NCBI RefSeq assembly: GCF_006345805.1
Contig: NC_043004.1
Coordinates: forward strand, 74,400,001 to 74,464,000
Length of the DNA stretch: 64,000 nt
Source: Octopus sinensis
Lineage: Eukaryota
Reading direction: 5' to 3'
The notes under the pieces are model-generated. The model searched no databases. It was not told the origin of the DNA and saw only the letters and a list, made by a program, of their open reading frames with translations. Position numbers and translations under genes: made by a program. Shown piece by piece: positions 11,915 to 26,030 of this stretch (its first letter is position 1; each line of letters opens with the position of its first letter).

Positions 11915-13799
11915 TATAACCAATTTATTGCAAATAAATTTTAACAACAAAATCTTATATGGAGCTAGGTTGCGAACCGCTGTTGTAGACTGTATCAATC
12001 CAGTGGCCTAGCTAAGGATGGGAGTGAAGAAAGAGGTGACATTTTGGGGCCTGCATCATAAGCCTGTATTGGCTTGAAAGTTCGGTATAGGGGTCGGTGG
12101 AGCAGAGTCAAGAGCTGCCCCGGAATGACACACTCCAGCTGTGTTACTCTGTCTATGAATAAAATGTTTAGGGCATCAATTTGTTGCTTAACCGGGGAAC
12201 GTAACGCATCTATGACGGCCCTGCTACCCTCGCCGCCATTTTTATTTTGGTAAGAGATTAAATGAAACAAAAAAAAGTGGAAGAGTGAAAATTTATTTAA
12301 CTTTTTCTTGTTTCAGTTATTAGACTGCGGCCATGCTGGGGCACTGCCTTGATAATTTTCTTTTTTTAGTCGAACGAATCGACTCGGTACTTAAGTCTGG
12401 CACTTTTGCCGAACCGCTAAGTTACGGAGACGCAAACACACCAACACCGGTTATCAAGCGGTGATGGGGGACAAATACACACCTACACACGCACGCACAC
12501 TCATACATACATACATACATACGACGGGTTTCTTTCAGTTTCCGTATAGAAAATCCACTGACTAGGCTTTGGTCGGCCCGGAAATTAGTAGAAGACACTT
12601 GCTCAAGGTGCCACCCAGCGGGACTGAACCCAGAAACAAAGTTCTTACCACACAGCCGCGCCTTATATAGAAACAACAATATGTAACTCATTATGATTAC
12701 ATGTGTGTGTATGTGTGTGTGTGTGTGTGTGTTAAAATGAAACTCGTTGGTTAAATTTTATTAAAGAAAACCTCATGTCACAGATCCCAAGAATTTTTCA
12801 TTAAATTCATTTTAGGAAACACTGAATTACAAAATATGATTTTGCTTTTTGAAATTTTTTTTTTTTAAGTGACACTATTTTATTTTTGATAATACCTTTA
12901 TTTAAGGTTACAATAGCGTTATAGAACCCACAATTCAGTGGAGTCACGACATAACATGTGTGCATAACGACAGCACACATGTTATTGCATATTGTCCTTT
13001 ATCATTGGATTCCTTGACCCGACGACATTAGTAAAAAAAAACCATGACTGATACCCTCTCTAATCGGCGCTATCTATCGAGAACCACATTACCCAGTCGT
13101 CAGAGGAAAATTTGGTTGGTATTTCTAGCAAAGGAAACGACCAAATAAGCTCTTTCCTCGTTCTGTTGTGCTGTTGTTGGTTTCTGTAAACTGTCGCAGT
13201 GAATATTTAAGCTGGAACAATAAGAAGCCAAGAGTACGAATTCCTAAGAAATGCATTCGGTATGTGAGAGTGATGCGAAAGATGGCGCTCTATGTACTGC
13301 AGAGAGTCTGTGGGTGGAATGGGGTAGTTAAAGTAGAGTCTGTGCTTGTGGACTGACTGACGGCAGAAAGGCATGAGCGTTTAGTAATGTTGAAGCGATG
13401 TGGTATGGAGGTGGTGTGTTTGTACTAAAAAAGAAGCAGATGCCAGTGCTATTGCGCTGCTGCTGCTATCATCCCCTTGGCAGCTCTAATCAAGCAGATC
13501 TATGACCATAGGCCTTCTAGCTGTGATCATACCGTCTTTCATCTTTTTCTAGCTATTGTAGTACTTCATTTCAACAGGTGTCCAAAACGCATCGAACAAA
13601 ATTGCTTAGCAGCATTTCTTCCGGTACTTAACGTTCTTAGTTCAAATTCGGCTGAGGACGATTTTACATTCATCATTTCAGGGTTCACAAAAATATTACC
13701 AGTCAAAAAACTAAGGTCGGTATAATTCACTTGCCCTGCCCATCAAATTTACTGAAACTTAAGCTAAAATCAGAAAAAAAATCACAATTATCTCGTACA

Positions 13800-14424
13800 A
13801 AGTTTTATATGTCTCTTTGTTTAGGTTGGTGAATGCTGCCATATTCCTTGCCTTCAGTTCATCTTTGGTGTTAGAAGGAGTTTTGTTGGTCTCTCGCTCA
13901 ACTGCACCCCACAAATAGTAATCAAATGGGTTGCAGCCTGGGGAGTTAGGTGGCCAGATGTTAGGAGTGATGTGGTCGCAGAAATTGTCTGCCAGCCCCA
14001 GGCACAGTGTCTTCCAGCAGCCACCCCCTTGACTACCTCCTCCAAGCACTTGATGTAGGTCTCCGTGTTGAGTCTTAGCCCGTGTGCGAAGATAAATGAA
14101 TGCATAATGTCGCCATCACTAGTGATCACTCCAAACACCATGATGTTGACTGGGTGTTTGATTTTATCACTTTCGGTACATGTTTTGGGCTCAGGACAAG
14201 TAAACGGCTCTTCTGTTTGTATTGGAACTTCCGGCACGAATGGCAAGCAGTACAGCATGTCGCTTCCAAATTTCTGGCAGAGTGAATTGCATCATGGTGC
14301 TGTTTTCTCACAGACGGTGCCCAACTGACCCTACTATGCTATGTAGTCGACAAAATCAAAAACGAACATGTGCATGCGCGAACTTAAAAATATAGAATGG
14401 CGACAGTTGACCCATCACACCCTG
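13800..14424 (-). mobile_element. Tc1/mariner-superfamily (maT/DD37D-like) transposase remnant
   Basis: Motifs IMVFGVITSDG and IWPPNSPGCNPFDYYLWG; terminal tacagggtg; a related more decayed copy at ~52100-52516. Confidence 0.8.
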
Positions 14425-14527
14425 TATATGCATTATTTCTCAACCCCTTATTTACTCTAACAACCTTGCGATTATATTTGAATTTGCACTACATATTTTA
14501 CTTGTTTATTCTTTTTTTTTTAATATA

Positions 14528-14744
14528 CGAGAGTGTGTTGAAAACTTCCAGGCTTTGCGAGTATCGCGAAAGACCTGGTCTGAAGCCCAGCCTTTCGAGT
14601 CCTTTTTACAGGGCTTATAAAAACTGAAGGACAACTGCAGAAAGTGTGTGAATCTGAGAGGGAATATTTTGTATAAAATCATAATAAACTGATCTTCCTG
14701 TATTTTCTTCTACCGAAAGCCAGGAACTTTTCAGCACCCCTTCG
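14528..14744. mobile_element. Mariner-like MITE
   Basis: TA-flanked imperfect TIRs cgagagtgtgttgaaaacttccaggc and gccaggaacttttcagcaccccttcg. Confidence 0.75.
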
Positions 14745-14908
14745 TATATCTGCCTGCTTAATGATGAACCACTTATAGGCATTCTTTGCGCGACAGCTAC
14801 AACACCACTTTTGTTTTTGTTTTAGTTACAATTCAAGAGGGACTTTTTTAGTGATAAACAAAACCAAGCACTTATCGGACGCACCTACGACATTACGTCA
14901 CTAGGCGG

Positions 14909-14949
<41 letters not shown>

Positions 14950-14995
14950 AACGCACACGTGTATGTATGCATGTATGTATGTATGTATGTATATA

Positions 14996-15037
<42 letters not shown>

Positions 15038-15038
15038 A

Positions 15039-15076
<38 letters not shown>

Positions 15077-15292
15077 TCTTTTACTCATTTATTTGTTTCA
15101 GTCCTCTGACTGCGCCCATGCTAGAGCGCCGCTTTTAGTCGAACAAATCAACCCCAGAACTTATTCTTTGTAAACCTTGAACTTATTCTATCGGTCTCTT
15201 TGTTCGAACAGGGACGTAAACACACCAGCATCGGTGATGGTGAAGACAAACACAAGCACACGAACATATATATGTATATGTATGTATGTATG

Positions 15293-15337
<45 letters not shown>

Positions 15338-16042
15338 GCAAATACAAAAATGGGACAAGAACGCAAAACATCCAGACAGACAATACAAAGAAAAGAGTGA
15401 CAGGTCATTCGGAGTTTTCTTTCCTCAGTCTAATTCCAGATTATCTTTGAAACTTCGGCATACAACGGGCTTCTTTCGGTTTCCACTCACAAGGCTTTGC
15501 CCGTGCCGAAGCTATACCAAATGGTACTTGCCTAAGGTGCCACACAGTGGGACTGAACCCAATATACGCGCGCGCACAAACACACACACACACACACGCG
15601 CGCGCGCATATATATCTGTATTATTCTCTATAAGAATACTGTTCGAAGTTTCGGCCTGCTTATCTTTCATCGGACAATTCAATGAGGGCTAAACACGCTG
15701 AAACTTCGAAGTCACTGTCGGCATTATTCCTGTTAATCAATGGTAAATATGTACTCTACAAAAAGTATTGAGTCATTCTTCAATTCATTGTAAAATTGTT
15801 TTTATTATAACTGATCATAAAAACAAACATTAATACACACACACACACACAACACACACACACACACACACGCATAAACATATAAAGACTCACTGGCACA
15901 TTCATTATGCATGCCTTATCTAAAAGAAACAGCGAATACTTATTTTAATTCGTAAATATTTCTGATACTTCACCATGTTTGATTTTCACGCTATCTAAAA
16001 TCTTTACAGCCTCGCAATATTTTATAATGTATTGATAACTTA

Positions 16043-16574
16043 CCGTAAATCCTCGAGTATCGTCTCCCTTGGGTATAATACGCAAGGAAGTTTTAGGGGG
16101 CTGTTCCTCAGAAAAACCTAAACCTTGTGTATAATACACACCCCTTTTCTAACTTGAGTCGTGGGTAATTAAGCCAGTAGCACCTAGTCGAACAAACACT
16201 TCCGCGCATGCGTAATAGAATAATGGTAATGTTCTTAACTGTTATATGGGAATGTAAATATGTTTGCCAATTGTTTTTGTTACATGTAATTCCGTGTTCT
16301 GAATACTTTTATTTTAATAAATGTTCTTTTCTGCAAGTTATAGATGATTCTTTTATGACTTCATTGCTTTCAGGCTTAGCTTAAGGTATTTTCGCGCCCG
16401 ACATCACAAAATGCGTCTGAATAAACAAAAAAAAAAACACTGCCGGTCAGCAAATAGAGACGCGTACATTGCTTAGAAAATAATTTTCATTGTTAACCTC
16501 GTATATAGCACGCACTAGGGTTTTTGACCTTTAAATTTTGGGGAAAAATGCGGATTATACTCGAGGATTTACGG
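16043..16574. mobile_element. pogo/Tigger-like MITE
   Basis: TIRs ccgtaaatcctcgagtat and atactcgaggatttacgg with TA TSD. Confidence 0.85.
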
Positions 16575-17076
16575 TATTTCCTTTGATAGTTTTGTAAACG
16601 TATACATTACGTTCTCATTCGACACATAGCAACTGAGAGAAAGCTTTTGATTTTGTGTTTTTTAATTCCTCTTCGTAACTAACAAAACTTCTATTACTTT
16701 CAATACTTTTTGTGTACGTTTTAATGAGACTCGTTTAATGTGTCACATATTCCTTGCCCTTGAGATTTTGTTTGCGAATTCGAGAGCAATCACAAGAGTG
16801 CAAACTTCTTATCTGCTTCTGCTTCTTTCTCTCTTTTGATTCATAATTAACTTTCATTACACTTGTTTGGCGTAATCTAAATAGTTATTTCTATTCTAAA
16901 CGATGGGAGGAAACAAATGAAGGCGATTTGATCGCAGCTGATTGCTTGTATAATGAGTGTTACAAGTCTCTTTAACCTACATGTTGTTTTAGTCGGCTCA
17001 TTGCAATTGCTGACGGAGAAGTATCTGGATAACATCCACAACATCATCCCTATCAACAAAACTCTCTCTCTCCCCC

Positions 17077-17162
<86 letters not shown>

Positions 17163-17258
17163 GGCTCTGGTGCCCCATATATAACTAAAAGACTTCACCG
17201 GGTGATGCTATTGAGTTTTGACATGGCCTGGGCCAATACTGGCCGAAACCTATCAAAG

Positions 17259-17311
<53 letters not shown>

Positions 17312-17313
<2 letters not shown>

Positions 17314-17727
17314 ATCTTTTCGGTTTGAACGGCAGTTTTTTTTAATAATTTCCATGTAACTAAACACTTTTAAACTTCGTATACTGGTAGAATGTGTTTA
17401 TAAAACATCGTTTTCTCTTGTCTTTATTGAGAAATTTCTATAGTTTGTAAGATATTTGTTGTTGTTTTTCTTCAATTTCTGCAATTTCAACCAATCAATG
17501 ACGTCAATTGAGGTGAAAACATTCTGTGCCGTATGAATATGTCCCTCGTTTAAGAAACAAAATGGGTTTATTTACATTTCTGAAGAAAAAAGATACCCTT
17601 TCCCCCACCCCTAACCCTAACCTTAAAACAGATTGAAATGCAATAGATCGATACTAGGGTCATAATTATGGGTGATAATTTCATATGACACCGCTAGAAA
17701 AAACTGCCGGTCAAACTGAAAAGATCC
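17312..17727. mobile_element. TA-flanked MITE with internal ccctaaccctaa
   Basis: ~30-bp TIRs ggatcttttcggtttgaacggcagttttt and aaaaactgccggtcaaactgaaaagatcc; partial inverted copy at ~22716-22983. Confidence 0.8.
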
Positions 17728-18044
17728 TATGTGTGTATGTATGTATGTATGTATGTATATATATTTATCTATCTATCTCCCTCCCATTCTCTTCCCGTCA
17801 CTCTCTCCTTCTCTCCCCTTCTCTCTTAAGACTGTAGAATGTGGTTTGAGCGAAACCTGGTTACTATTTCTTTCATGTCAACCAACCTCATAGAGGTTCC
17901 CTCGTTGGCTCACTTAGAATAACTGTTCGTTTATTGTGATGTGTGAGGCAGTGAGGGCATTTAATGACCTTTACATAAATGTTGTTTTTGTTGTTCTAAT
18001 CGTTTGGCCAATATCGGTCCAGTAGATCTGCAATCATTATTATT

Positions 18045-19920
18045 CCGGCGGCGAGTGGGCAGAATCCTTAGCACCGCCGAGCAAAATCCTTAACGACATT
18101 TCATCCATCATTACGTTCTGAGTTCAAATTCAACCGAGGTCGACTTTACCTTTCATCCTTTCGGGGTTGAACAAGTACCAGTCGAACACTGGGGTTAATG
18201 TAATCGACTCATCCCCTCCCCCCAAATTACTGCCCTTGTAGCAAAATTTGAAACCAATATTGTTCAAAAGGCGGCGAGCTGGTAGAATCGTTAGCACACC
18301 GGGCGGCATTTCGTCCGTCTTTACGTTCTGAGTTCAAATTCCGCCAAGATCGAATTTACCTTTGATTTTTTCATGAGTTCGATAAAATAAGTACCAGTCA
18401 CGCACTGGTGGGGGGAGTCAATGTAATCGACTAACTCCACCCCCGACTTTGCTAGTTTTGTGCCAAAACTTGTTACCGATGTTATTCTAGCTGTGCCCTA
18501 ACCAACTCTGTCTTTTTAGGAACACATAGGATTACATTATCTAATGTGTCCTTACAACAGGGGTGATAGAAAACATTGCCTCAGAAAAGAAAACCGTAAT
18601 AAGTAGACAGTCATGACCATCACTACATCATCATAAAAATATTCGAAACAAAATCTTGTCACAGCCTCACGAGAACTCAGTGGCGTAACTAGTGTGTGTG
18701 CCGCCTGGGTCAGTCCTTAAGCTTGCCGCCCTTTTCTACTCGGGCTAATAGAGTTGAGCCCAAACTGCCACTCCCATGTAAGTGACGCCCGGGTAGACCG
18801 ACTCCATCGCCCTCCCTAGCTATGCGAAAACTAGTCCAACAAACAGAATTAAAGTTGTTAGACTTCAACACCAATACAATTAGTTACATAATTAGTGTCT
18901 TATATACATTCATGAAAATAATTGTAGAAAGCAAAAACAATAACGCTAACATACTTCTCAATTACAACCTTAATTATGTAATAATAATAGCCAAACCCGA
19001 TGAAGATTAAAGGTAACCTTAAACACAACGCCCCAACACCATGCACAACAAGAGTAATGGCTTCAAATCTTGGCTGAAAGTCAGTATTTCGGGGAGGGAT
19101 ACGTAGAATATATCGATCCCAATATTAAAGCTGGTAGAATCGTTGGCACGCCAGGCGAAATGCTGCCGTTACGTTGTGAGTTCAAATTCCGCCGAGGTCG
19201 ACTTTACCTTTCATCCTTTCGGGGTCGATGAATTAAGTACCAGTTACGCACTGAGGTCGATGTAATCGACTTAATACCTATGTCTGCCCTTGTTTGTCCC
19301 ATCTATGTTTAGCCCCTTGTGGGTAATAAAGAAATAGGTATTTTATTTTACCGACTCCGAAAGGATGAAAGGCAATTTCGCCCCCAGTGGCATTTGAACT
19401 CAGAACGTATAGACGAAAGAAAAGCCGATAAACATTTTTTTCCAGCGCAGTAACGATTCTGCCAGCTCACCACTTTAAACAGGAGAAACATCAATTAACA
19501 TCAATTAACACAAATAAATAAAAAACCAAAGTATATTAGGAAACTGGTAGAGTTCATTGTGCTTCAGAAATAAAAAGAAAACAAACAGTACAACAACGTA
19601 CAAAACAATTTTTTTTCTTGAACCTTAGGGCTCATAAGACCAGTTACCCGATTTCCATGGGGCAAAGTGACCGAGATCACAACATGCACTTGAATGAGAG
19701 ATACTGCTCCCTTAAAGGGTTCAAGACCAACATTTTGAGACTATAGAACAAGTCGATAACATCGACCCTGGTAATCGATTGGTATTTTATATTATCGACC
19801 TGGAAGAGCTGACTGGCAAAGTTGCCGTCAATGCGATTTGAACTCAGAACGTAATGAGCCGGAAGAAATGCCGCTAGTCATTGCGTTCAATGTGCCAATG
19901 ATTCCGCCAGCTGCCGTGCC
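18045..19920. mobile_element. Cluster of tRNA-derived SINE family B (Meta-domain-like core gcctttcatcctttcggggtcgataaa..agtaccag)
   Basis: Copies at ~18045-18260, 18268-18480, 19130-19335(+), 19337-19475(-), 19740-19920(-). Others at 21100-21290, 21520-21697, 31180-31370, 38427-38660, 39945-40160, 42100-42320, 54234-54470, 55180-55750. Confidence 0.85.
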
Positions 19921-20204
19921 TTACAGAACAATTAGCAACATCCTACTTATAACAACAGTCAGGTCACATCACACCACCCAGTAGCAATTTTATGTGATGT
20001 TATCAAGCAATAACAGCGAGCAAAATCATTCATTAAATAGGTTTTTAAAAAATTGATCAACAAAAGTAACACAAAGAATACAGAAACGAGAAACACGAGA
20101 TTCATAACTTCATCTATATCGTCACCGTGATCTGAATTTTCATTGGACAACAGGGAAGTTACGAAAATCCCTGAGCTAAAAAAAATCTCAGAATCTGACA
20201 GAAT

Positions 20205-20830
20205 ATATTTCTTTACTACCCACAAGGGGCTAAACACAGAGAGGACAAACAAGGATAGACAAACGGATCAAGTCGATTATATTGACCCCAGTGCGTAACT
20301 GGTACTTAATTTATCGACCCCGAAAGGATGAAAGGCAAAGTCGACCTCGGCGGAATTTGAACTCAGAACGATAGCGGCAAACGAAATACCTATTTCTTTA
20401 TTACCCACAAGGGGCTAAACATAGAGGGGACAAACAAGGACAGAGATAGGTATTAAGTCGATTATATCGACCCCAGTGCGTAACTGGTACCTAATTTATC
20501 GACCCCGAAAGGATGAAAGGCAAAGTTGACCTCGGCGGAATTTGAACTCAGAACGTAACGACAGACGAAATACGGCTACGCATTTCGCCCGGCGTGCTAA
20601 CGTTTCTTATTTCTTTATAGCCCACCAGGGGCTAAACATAGAGGGGACAAATAAGGACAGACAAAGAGATTAAGTCGATTACATCGACCCCTGTGCGTAA
20701 CAGGTACTCAATTTATCGACCACGAAAGGATGAAAGGCAAAGTCGACCTCGGCGGAATTTGAACTCAGAACGTAGCGGCAAACGAAATACCACTAAGCAT
20801 TTCGTCCGGCGTACTAACGTTTCTGCCAAA
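20205..20830 (-). mobile_element. Head-to-tail trimer of SINE family B
   Basis: Three ~185-220 bp near-identical units; a dimer of the same kind at 24163-24490 (+). Confidence 0.9.
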
Positions 20831-23502
20831 ATCATCGATGCTTGCATGAATTTTTGCATTTACCAACACCCCATCGTCTATCAAATAGACACTAAATCCG
20901 CCAAGTCTATTCCACATTTGGCCACCACGGAGATACAAAACTAGTATCCAAATAATCTATCACGTATCATTCAAGCTCGTCCTGTGTCTCTAATCTCTTT
21001 ATAACGACCCTCAATAAACTACGAATAATTCAAAATAGCTCACTTCACACTTCACACCGAAATCTAAGGAGCCCAATATCCACCGTTGTAAGGGTCTAAT
21101 TGGTAGAATCGTTAGCAGGTCGGATAAAATGCTCAGCAGCATTTAATCTGGATTTTTACGTTGTTCCAAGTTCAAATTCCGTCGAGGTCCACTTTGCTTT
21201 TCATCCTTTCGGGGGTCGATAAAATAATTGGGATCGATGTAATCGAAGTAGTCCTTTCTCTTAAAACTGCCTTGTAACAAAATTTGAAACCATTATCTAC
21301 CACTATATAAAGAGTTACACCTCGCACCCTAAGAACAAAGCACTCCTAAACGCATCTCTCTCTCTCTCTGTTTCTCTCTCTATTATATAGGGGTGCATTT
21401 AATTTCGGGTATGGATTATCTGTGTGTTGACTTGATTATGTAATGATTGCGGCTATAGAATATATGATTTATAGGTTGCTACGTTATTGGTTTAGTTTCA
21501 CATTTTGACACACGACCAGTAATTTCGTGGGGGCGGGGTCGATGTAATCGACCCCAATTCTCAACTGGTACTTATTTTATCAACCTTGAAAGGATGAAAG
21601 GCAAAGTTGACCCCGACGGCATTTGAACTTAAAGTCTGAAGAAATATTGCTAAGCATTTGCCCCGGCGTGCTAAAGATTCTGCCAGCTCCCTGCCTTAGT
21701 GTGTTATATTATTGGCTGATTGGCTGTGATTTTGTGGAGTTCATCCTGTGTCGGTTGTAGAAATGTTTTGAGTGATGATTTCGCGAATTGTTCTTTGTAG
21801 AGATTTTGTATTGTGTGAGTTGGAATAGTACGTTGTGGCTGTGTGACATGGCACCTTGTGCAAGAGTTTTCAACTATAACCTCGGACCGACCAATGACTT
21901 GCGAGTGGGATTTAATAGACAGAAACTGAAAGAAGCCAGTCGTATATGTGTATGAGTGCGTGCGTGCGTGTATGTGTGTGTGTCCAACCACCGCTTGACA
22001 ACCGATGCTGGTGCGTTTGTGTCCCTACAAGGTTCGATTCGGTCGACTAAAATTCTTCAAGGCGGTGCCCCAGCATGACCGCAGTCTAATGATTGAAACA
22101 CGTAAAAGATTAAAGAATAAAAAGATAACAAGCGAGTTGTGCATCGCAAAGTTATTTTTTGTATCCTATACAGAGTTGTGAAACTTGATGTAGCTTTTAT
22201 ACATTTCTTCATGTTTTTAGTTATCACACTAACGCTGCAATTTTCATTGACTTTTAAGCCTTGCATCAGATTAAGATTTCTATTTCAAGTTACTTGTATT
22301 TTCACACTTTCTCGACTTTCTCGCGAATGAATGTTTTGCTCAGAAGGGTTCGAGGTATCTATCATGATGCAGAGGTTTTTGTTCCCTTCCTTGTAGGTTT
22401 ACTTTGAGATCCTTTGTCAGTCTGTACGGTTATGTATGTCCGGGGTTACAATACCTATGTACTAGTTTCGTTTTAAATCATTTCAAAGGTACATTTTGCT
22501 TTATTTTTTTTCTCATTGTATTCCTCACGTTCTAGTTATCTCTATTTACAAATGTTTTCTCCAATTCGTTACTGTGTACCGTTTTTGGTGTATGCTTCCA
22601 TTTGTCATTCCTTATTCGTTTTGATGTCGAAGCTGTCTGTATGTTGCCCAAGGGATATAGTCGCTTCTCAACAGTGTCTGCTGATAAACTCGATCTTAGT
22701 GTGGAGAGGGCAACTAGAAATGACGTGATTAGCTGTCCTACTGATTGGTTGAAATTGCAGAAACTGAAGAAAAAAAACAACAAATATCTTACAAACTATA
22801 GAATTTTCTCAATAAAGCCAAGAGAAAAAGATGTCTCAATAAAGTCAAGAGAAAAAGATGTCTCAATAAACCCAAGAGAAAAAAATGTTTTATAAACATA
22901 TTCTACCAGTATACGAAGTTTAAATGTGTTCAGTTACGTGGAAATTATTTTAAAAAAAACTGCCGTTCAAACCGAAAAGCTCCTATTCATTTTCTCTTGT
23001 TAATTTTATTGTATAACGCCACGTCAACCAACATTGAATCCAACTATAATTAAAAGCACTCTAGTCTTGATAGCCCGGTGTTTTTTTCTTGTTTTTTTTT
23101 TATAAGACTCTTCCAGATAACATTGACTCTTTGGAATTAGTTCCTTCTTATCTTCTTATTCGTGTTTTCTTTCTTTTTTTACCTGCTGTCATCAGTTTAC
23201 TTTTCAATTATTAAACACAAAGGCCTTTTAAACACCCCTTTTCTGTAAACAAAGCCAATAACCACGCAACTTCGCACAAACACACACACACACACACTTT
23301 TTACATTACATTTACTTGCAATTAAATGAAATATCGTGCCAACGCAGGAGTGGCTGTGTGGTAAGTAGCTTGCTTACTAACAGCATGGTTCCGGGTTCAG
23401 TCCCACTGCGAGGCACCTTGGGCAAGTGTCTTCTATTATAGCTTCTGGCCGACCATAGCCTTGTGAGTGGATTTAGTAGACGGAAACTGAAAGAAGCCCG
23501 TC

Positions 23503-23548
<46 letters not shown>

Positions 23549-25029
23549 CTTGACAACCGATGGTGACGTGTCTACGTCCCTGCAACTTAGTAGTTCGGCA
23601 AAAATGACTGATAGAATTATGTACTAGGCTTACAAAGAATAAGTCCTGGGGTCAATTTGTTCGACTAAAGGCGGTGCTCCAGCATGGCCGCGATCAAATG
23701 ACTGAAACAAATAAAAGAATAAAAGAAAACGTATAAAAACTACAAACATCTACAGGAAGAATCGTCTGCTCGGATTACGAAATGTTCACAAACGTTAAAG
23801 CGTCACGCAAAATGCTTAACAGTCTTTGTTCAAATCCTCTTCCTTAAGTTCTGAGTTCAAACTTTTCCCAACGCGGTTAATATTGCTCTTTATCATTCTA
23901 CAGTGGGATCGATAAAATAAAGTACTAGATCGATATAATCACATAAACCTGGCCTTGACATTTGTGGCTTTGCATTTATATTAGAAACGATTATTTTTAA
24001 ATGTACATAGTTGGTTTACTCTCTTTTGCTACCATAACAGGTTTTTCTAAATAAATAAATATTAACGACATATTTTTAAATCGTGAGTTTGTATATCTGC
24101 GCGTTTGCTGAAGATCATCGTTGCGTTATTGGTCGTTAGCAAGGATGACGCAGTATCCTTAAAGTCAACTTTGCCTTTCATACTTTCGGGGTCGATAAAT
24201 TAAGTACCAGTTACGCACTGGGGTCGATGTAATCGACTTAATACCTATGTCTGTCCTTGTTTGACCCCTCTATGTTTAACCCCTTGTGGGTAATAAAGAA
24301 ATAGGTATTTTGTCTGCCGTTACGTTCTGAGTTCAAATTCCGCCGAGGTCGACTTTGCTTTTCATATTTTCGGGGTCGATAAATGAAGTACCAGTTACGC
24401 ACTGTGGTCGATGTAATCGACTTAATCCGTTTGTCTGTCCTTGTTTGTCCCCTCTGTGTTTAACCCCTTGTGGGTTGTAAAGAAATATGTATCCTTAAAG
24501 TGAATATAAGATGGTGCTGCTAGATTACTCTAGGTTACTTTTTAATTATTTTGCACATACTTAGCATTTTAAATGTATTTTTTCGAAATTCTTACTATTT
24601 TAATAACAAGAAAACCATATAATAATTAAAAATATGCACGTAGATCACCAACCAAAGTAAATTTGCTCACATAGATCACACAGAATTTAGCACCAACACA
24701 AGTAACCTAAAGTAATTTCTCTTTAAATTATAGATCACACGGCAAAGTGACACCTTTCTTTTTCATTGGAAATGATGTGAATTTAGTGCCGGTTTCTTGT
24801 AAAAATGCAAAATTGAAAAGTAAACTAAAAAGTAAGCTAAAGTAATCTCCCTTGTAGATCACACGCCAAAATTCTATTCTATTTATAGAAAACTAAGCAT
24901 ATAAAAGCAGTCAATCCGACGGCAAGGGTTCCCATTGATCCGATCAACAGAATAGCCTGCTCATGAAATTAATATGCAAGTGACTGAGCACTCCAAAAAC
25001 AGGAGTACTTTTAACTCATTTAGAGATTA

Positions 25030-25510
25030 CAGACCTTGTCAACAATCACAAAACGCAGCATCCTTAACATGTTCGTGAAGACGGTTTTGTTGTGCACGTG
25101 TGAAACAGCGAATTACTTAGCTCCCCATCAACAAGCGTCAAACGATTGCGAATGAATGTCTCTTGAACATCCCTCGGGTGAGATAGCAAAGCAGATTCAC
25201 CAACAAAATCTTGTAGGAACAGGCTAACCAGCAACCTATTGAAACTCAGACCAAGAGGATGAAATGGGGTAGGTTGGGACACATTGTACAGAAACCTGTA
25301 TTCAGCATTTCAAAGCAATCCCTCCGATGGATACCCCAGGGGAGACGGAAGCGTGGCTAACCAAAACCAGCGTGGAGGAGGTCCACAGAAACTGAAGCAC
25401 AATGGTTGGCGGCTATACCTGCTGACAACTGTAATCCATTGCAAAAGCAAGACAGATGGTGGGGAGCGTTTGTTGGTGCCGGGTTCTCCGCGTGGAATCA
25501 AAGGAATTAA
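25030..25510 (+). mobile_element. RTE-clade LINE 3' fragment
   Basis: Decayed coding for W-x-GHI-x-RK and PQG-RRKRG-x-PK-x-x-WRR C-terminal motifs. Confidence 0.6.
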
Positions 25511-25749
25511 CATAACAAATGATCTGTTGAAACCGTTATACTGTTGTTTCTAATTGTATAACATATTTATGAATGTGTAAACATTTGAGTATTAAGTTAG
25601 GAAACGGTGGAATACTTATGAATGTCTTATATTTTATCAATCATTTCAAAACTATAACATTTTGTCTTCGTTATCCTTTCCGATTATATCCCATGGAAAT
25701 TGCTGATCTACATCGTCGTACATTTTTACGAAAGTGGATTAGACAGAAA

Positions 25750-26030
25750 ATATTATAAGATTTGCCGTGTGAACAAAAACAAAGCCAATGCCACAGAATC
25801 AAGTTGTAATGAGAGAGTAGAAATAGTTTATTATAGCGAAACTGTTGACCTTCAACGGTTGATCTTTGTCAATGGAGTAGACACAAATATTATAAGACTT
25901 GCTGTGTGAACGAAAACAAATCAACGCCACAGAGTCAAGTCGTAATGAGAGAACAGAAATAGTTTATTAGAGCAAAACTGCTGACCTTCCACAGTCAGTG
26001 TTTGTCAGATAACAATGAAATTATAAGATC
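25750..26030. repeat. Diverged tandem duplication, period ~138 bp
   Basis: tattataagatttgccgtgtgaacaaaaac... repeated as tattataagacttgctgtgtgaacgaaaac... Confidence 0.85.

Larger units (their letters stand above)
11165..11982. mobile_element. hAT/Charlie-like MITE hosting two nested SINEs
   Basis: TIRs cagtggatctcaacc and ggttgcgaaccgctg; degenerate 8-bp TSD ctgtaaat/ttgtagac. Confidence 0.65.

Noticed and set aside
17608-17626. Telomere remnant
   Set aside because: Only 2-3 CCCTAA units, internal to a MITE.
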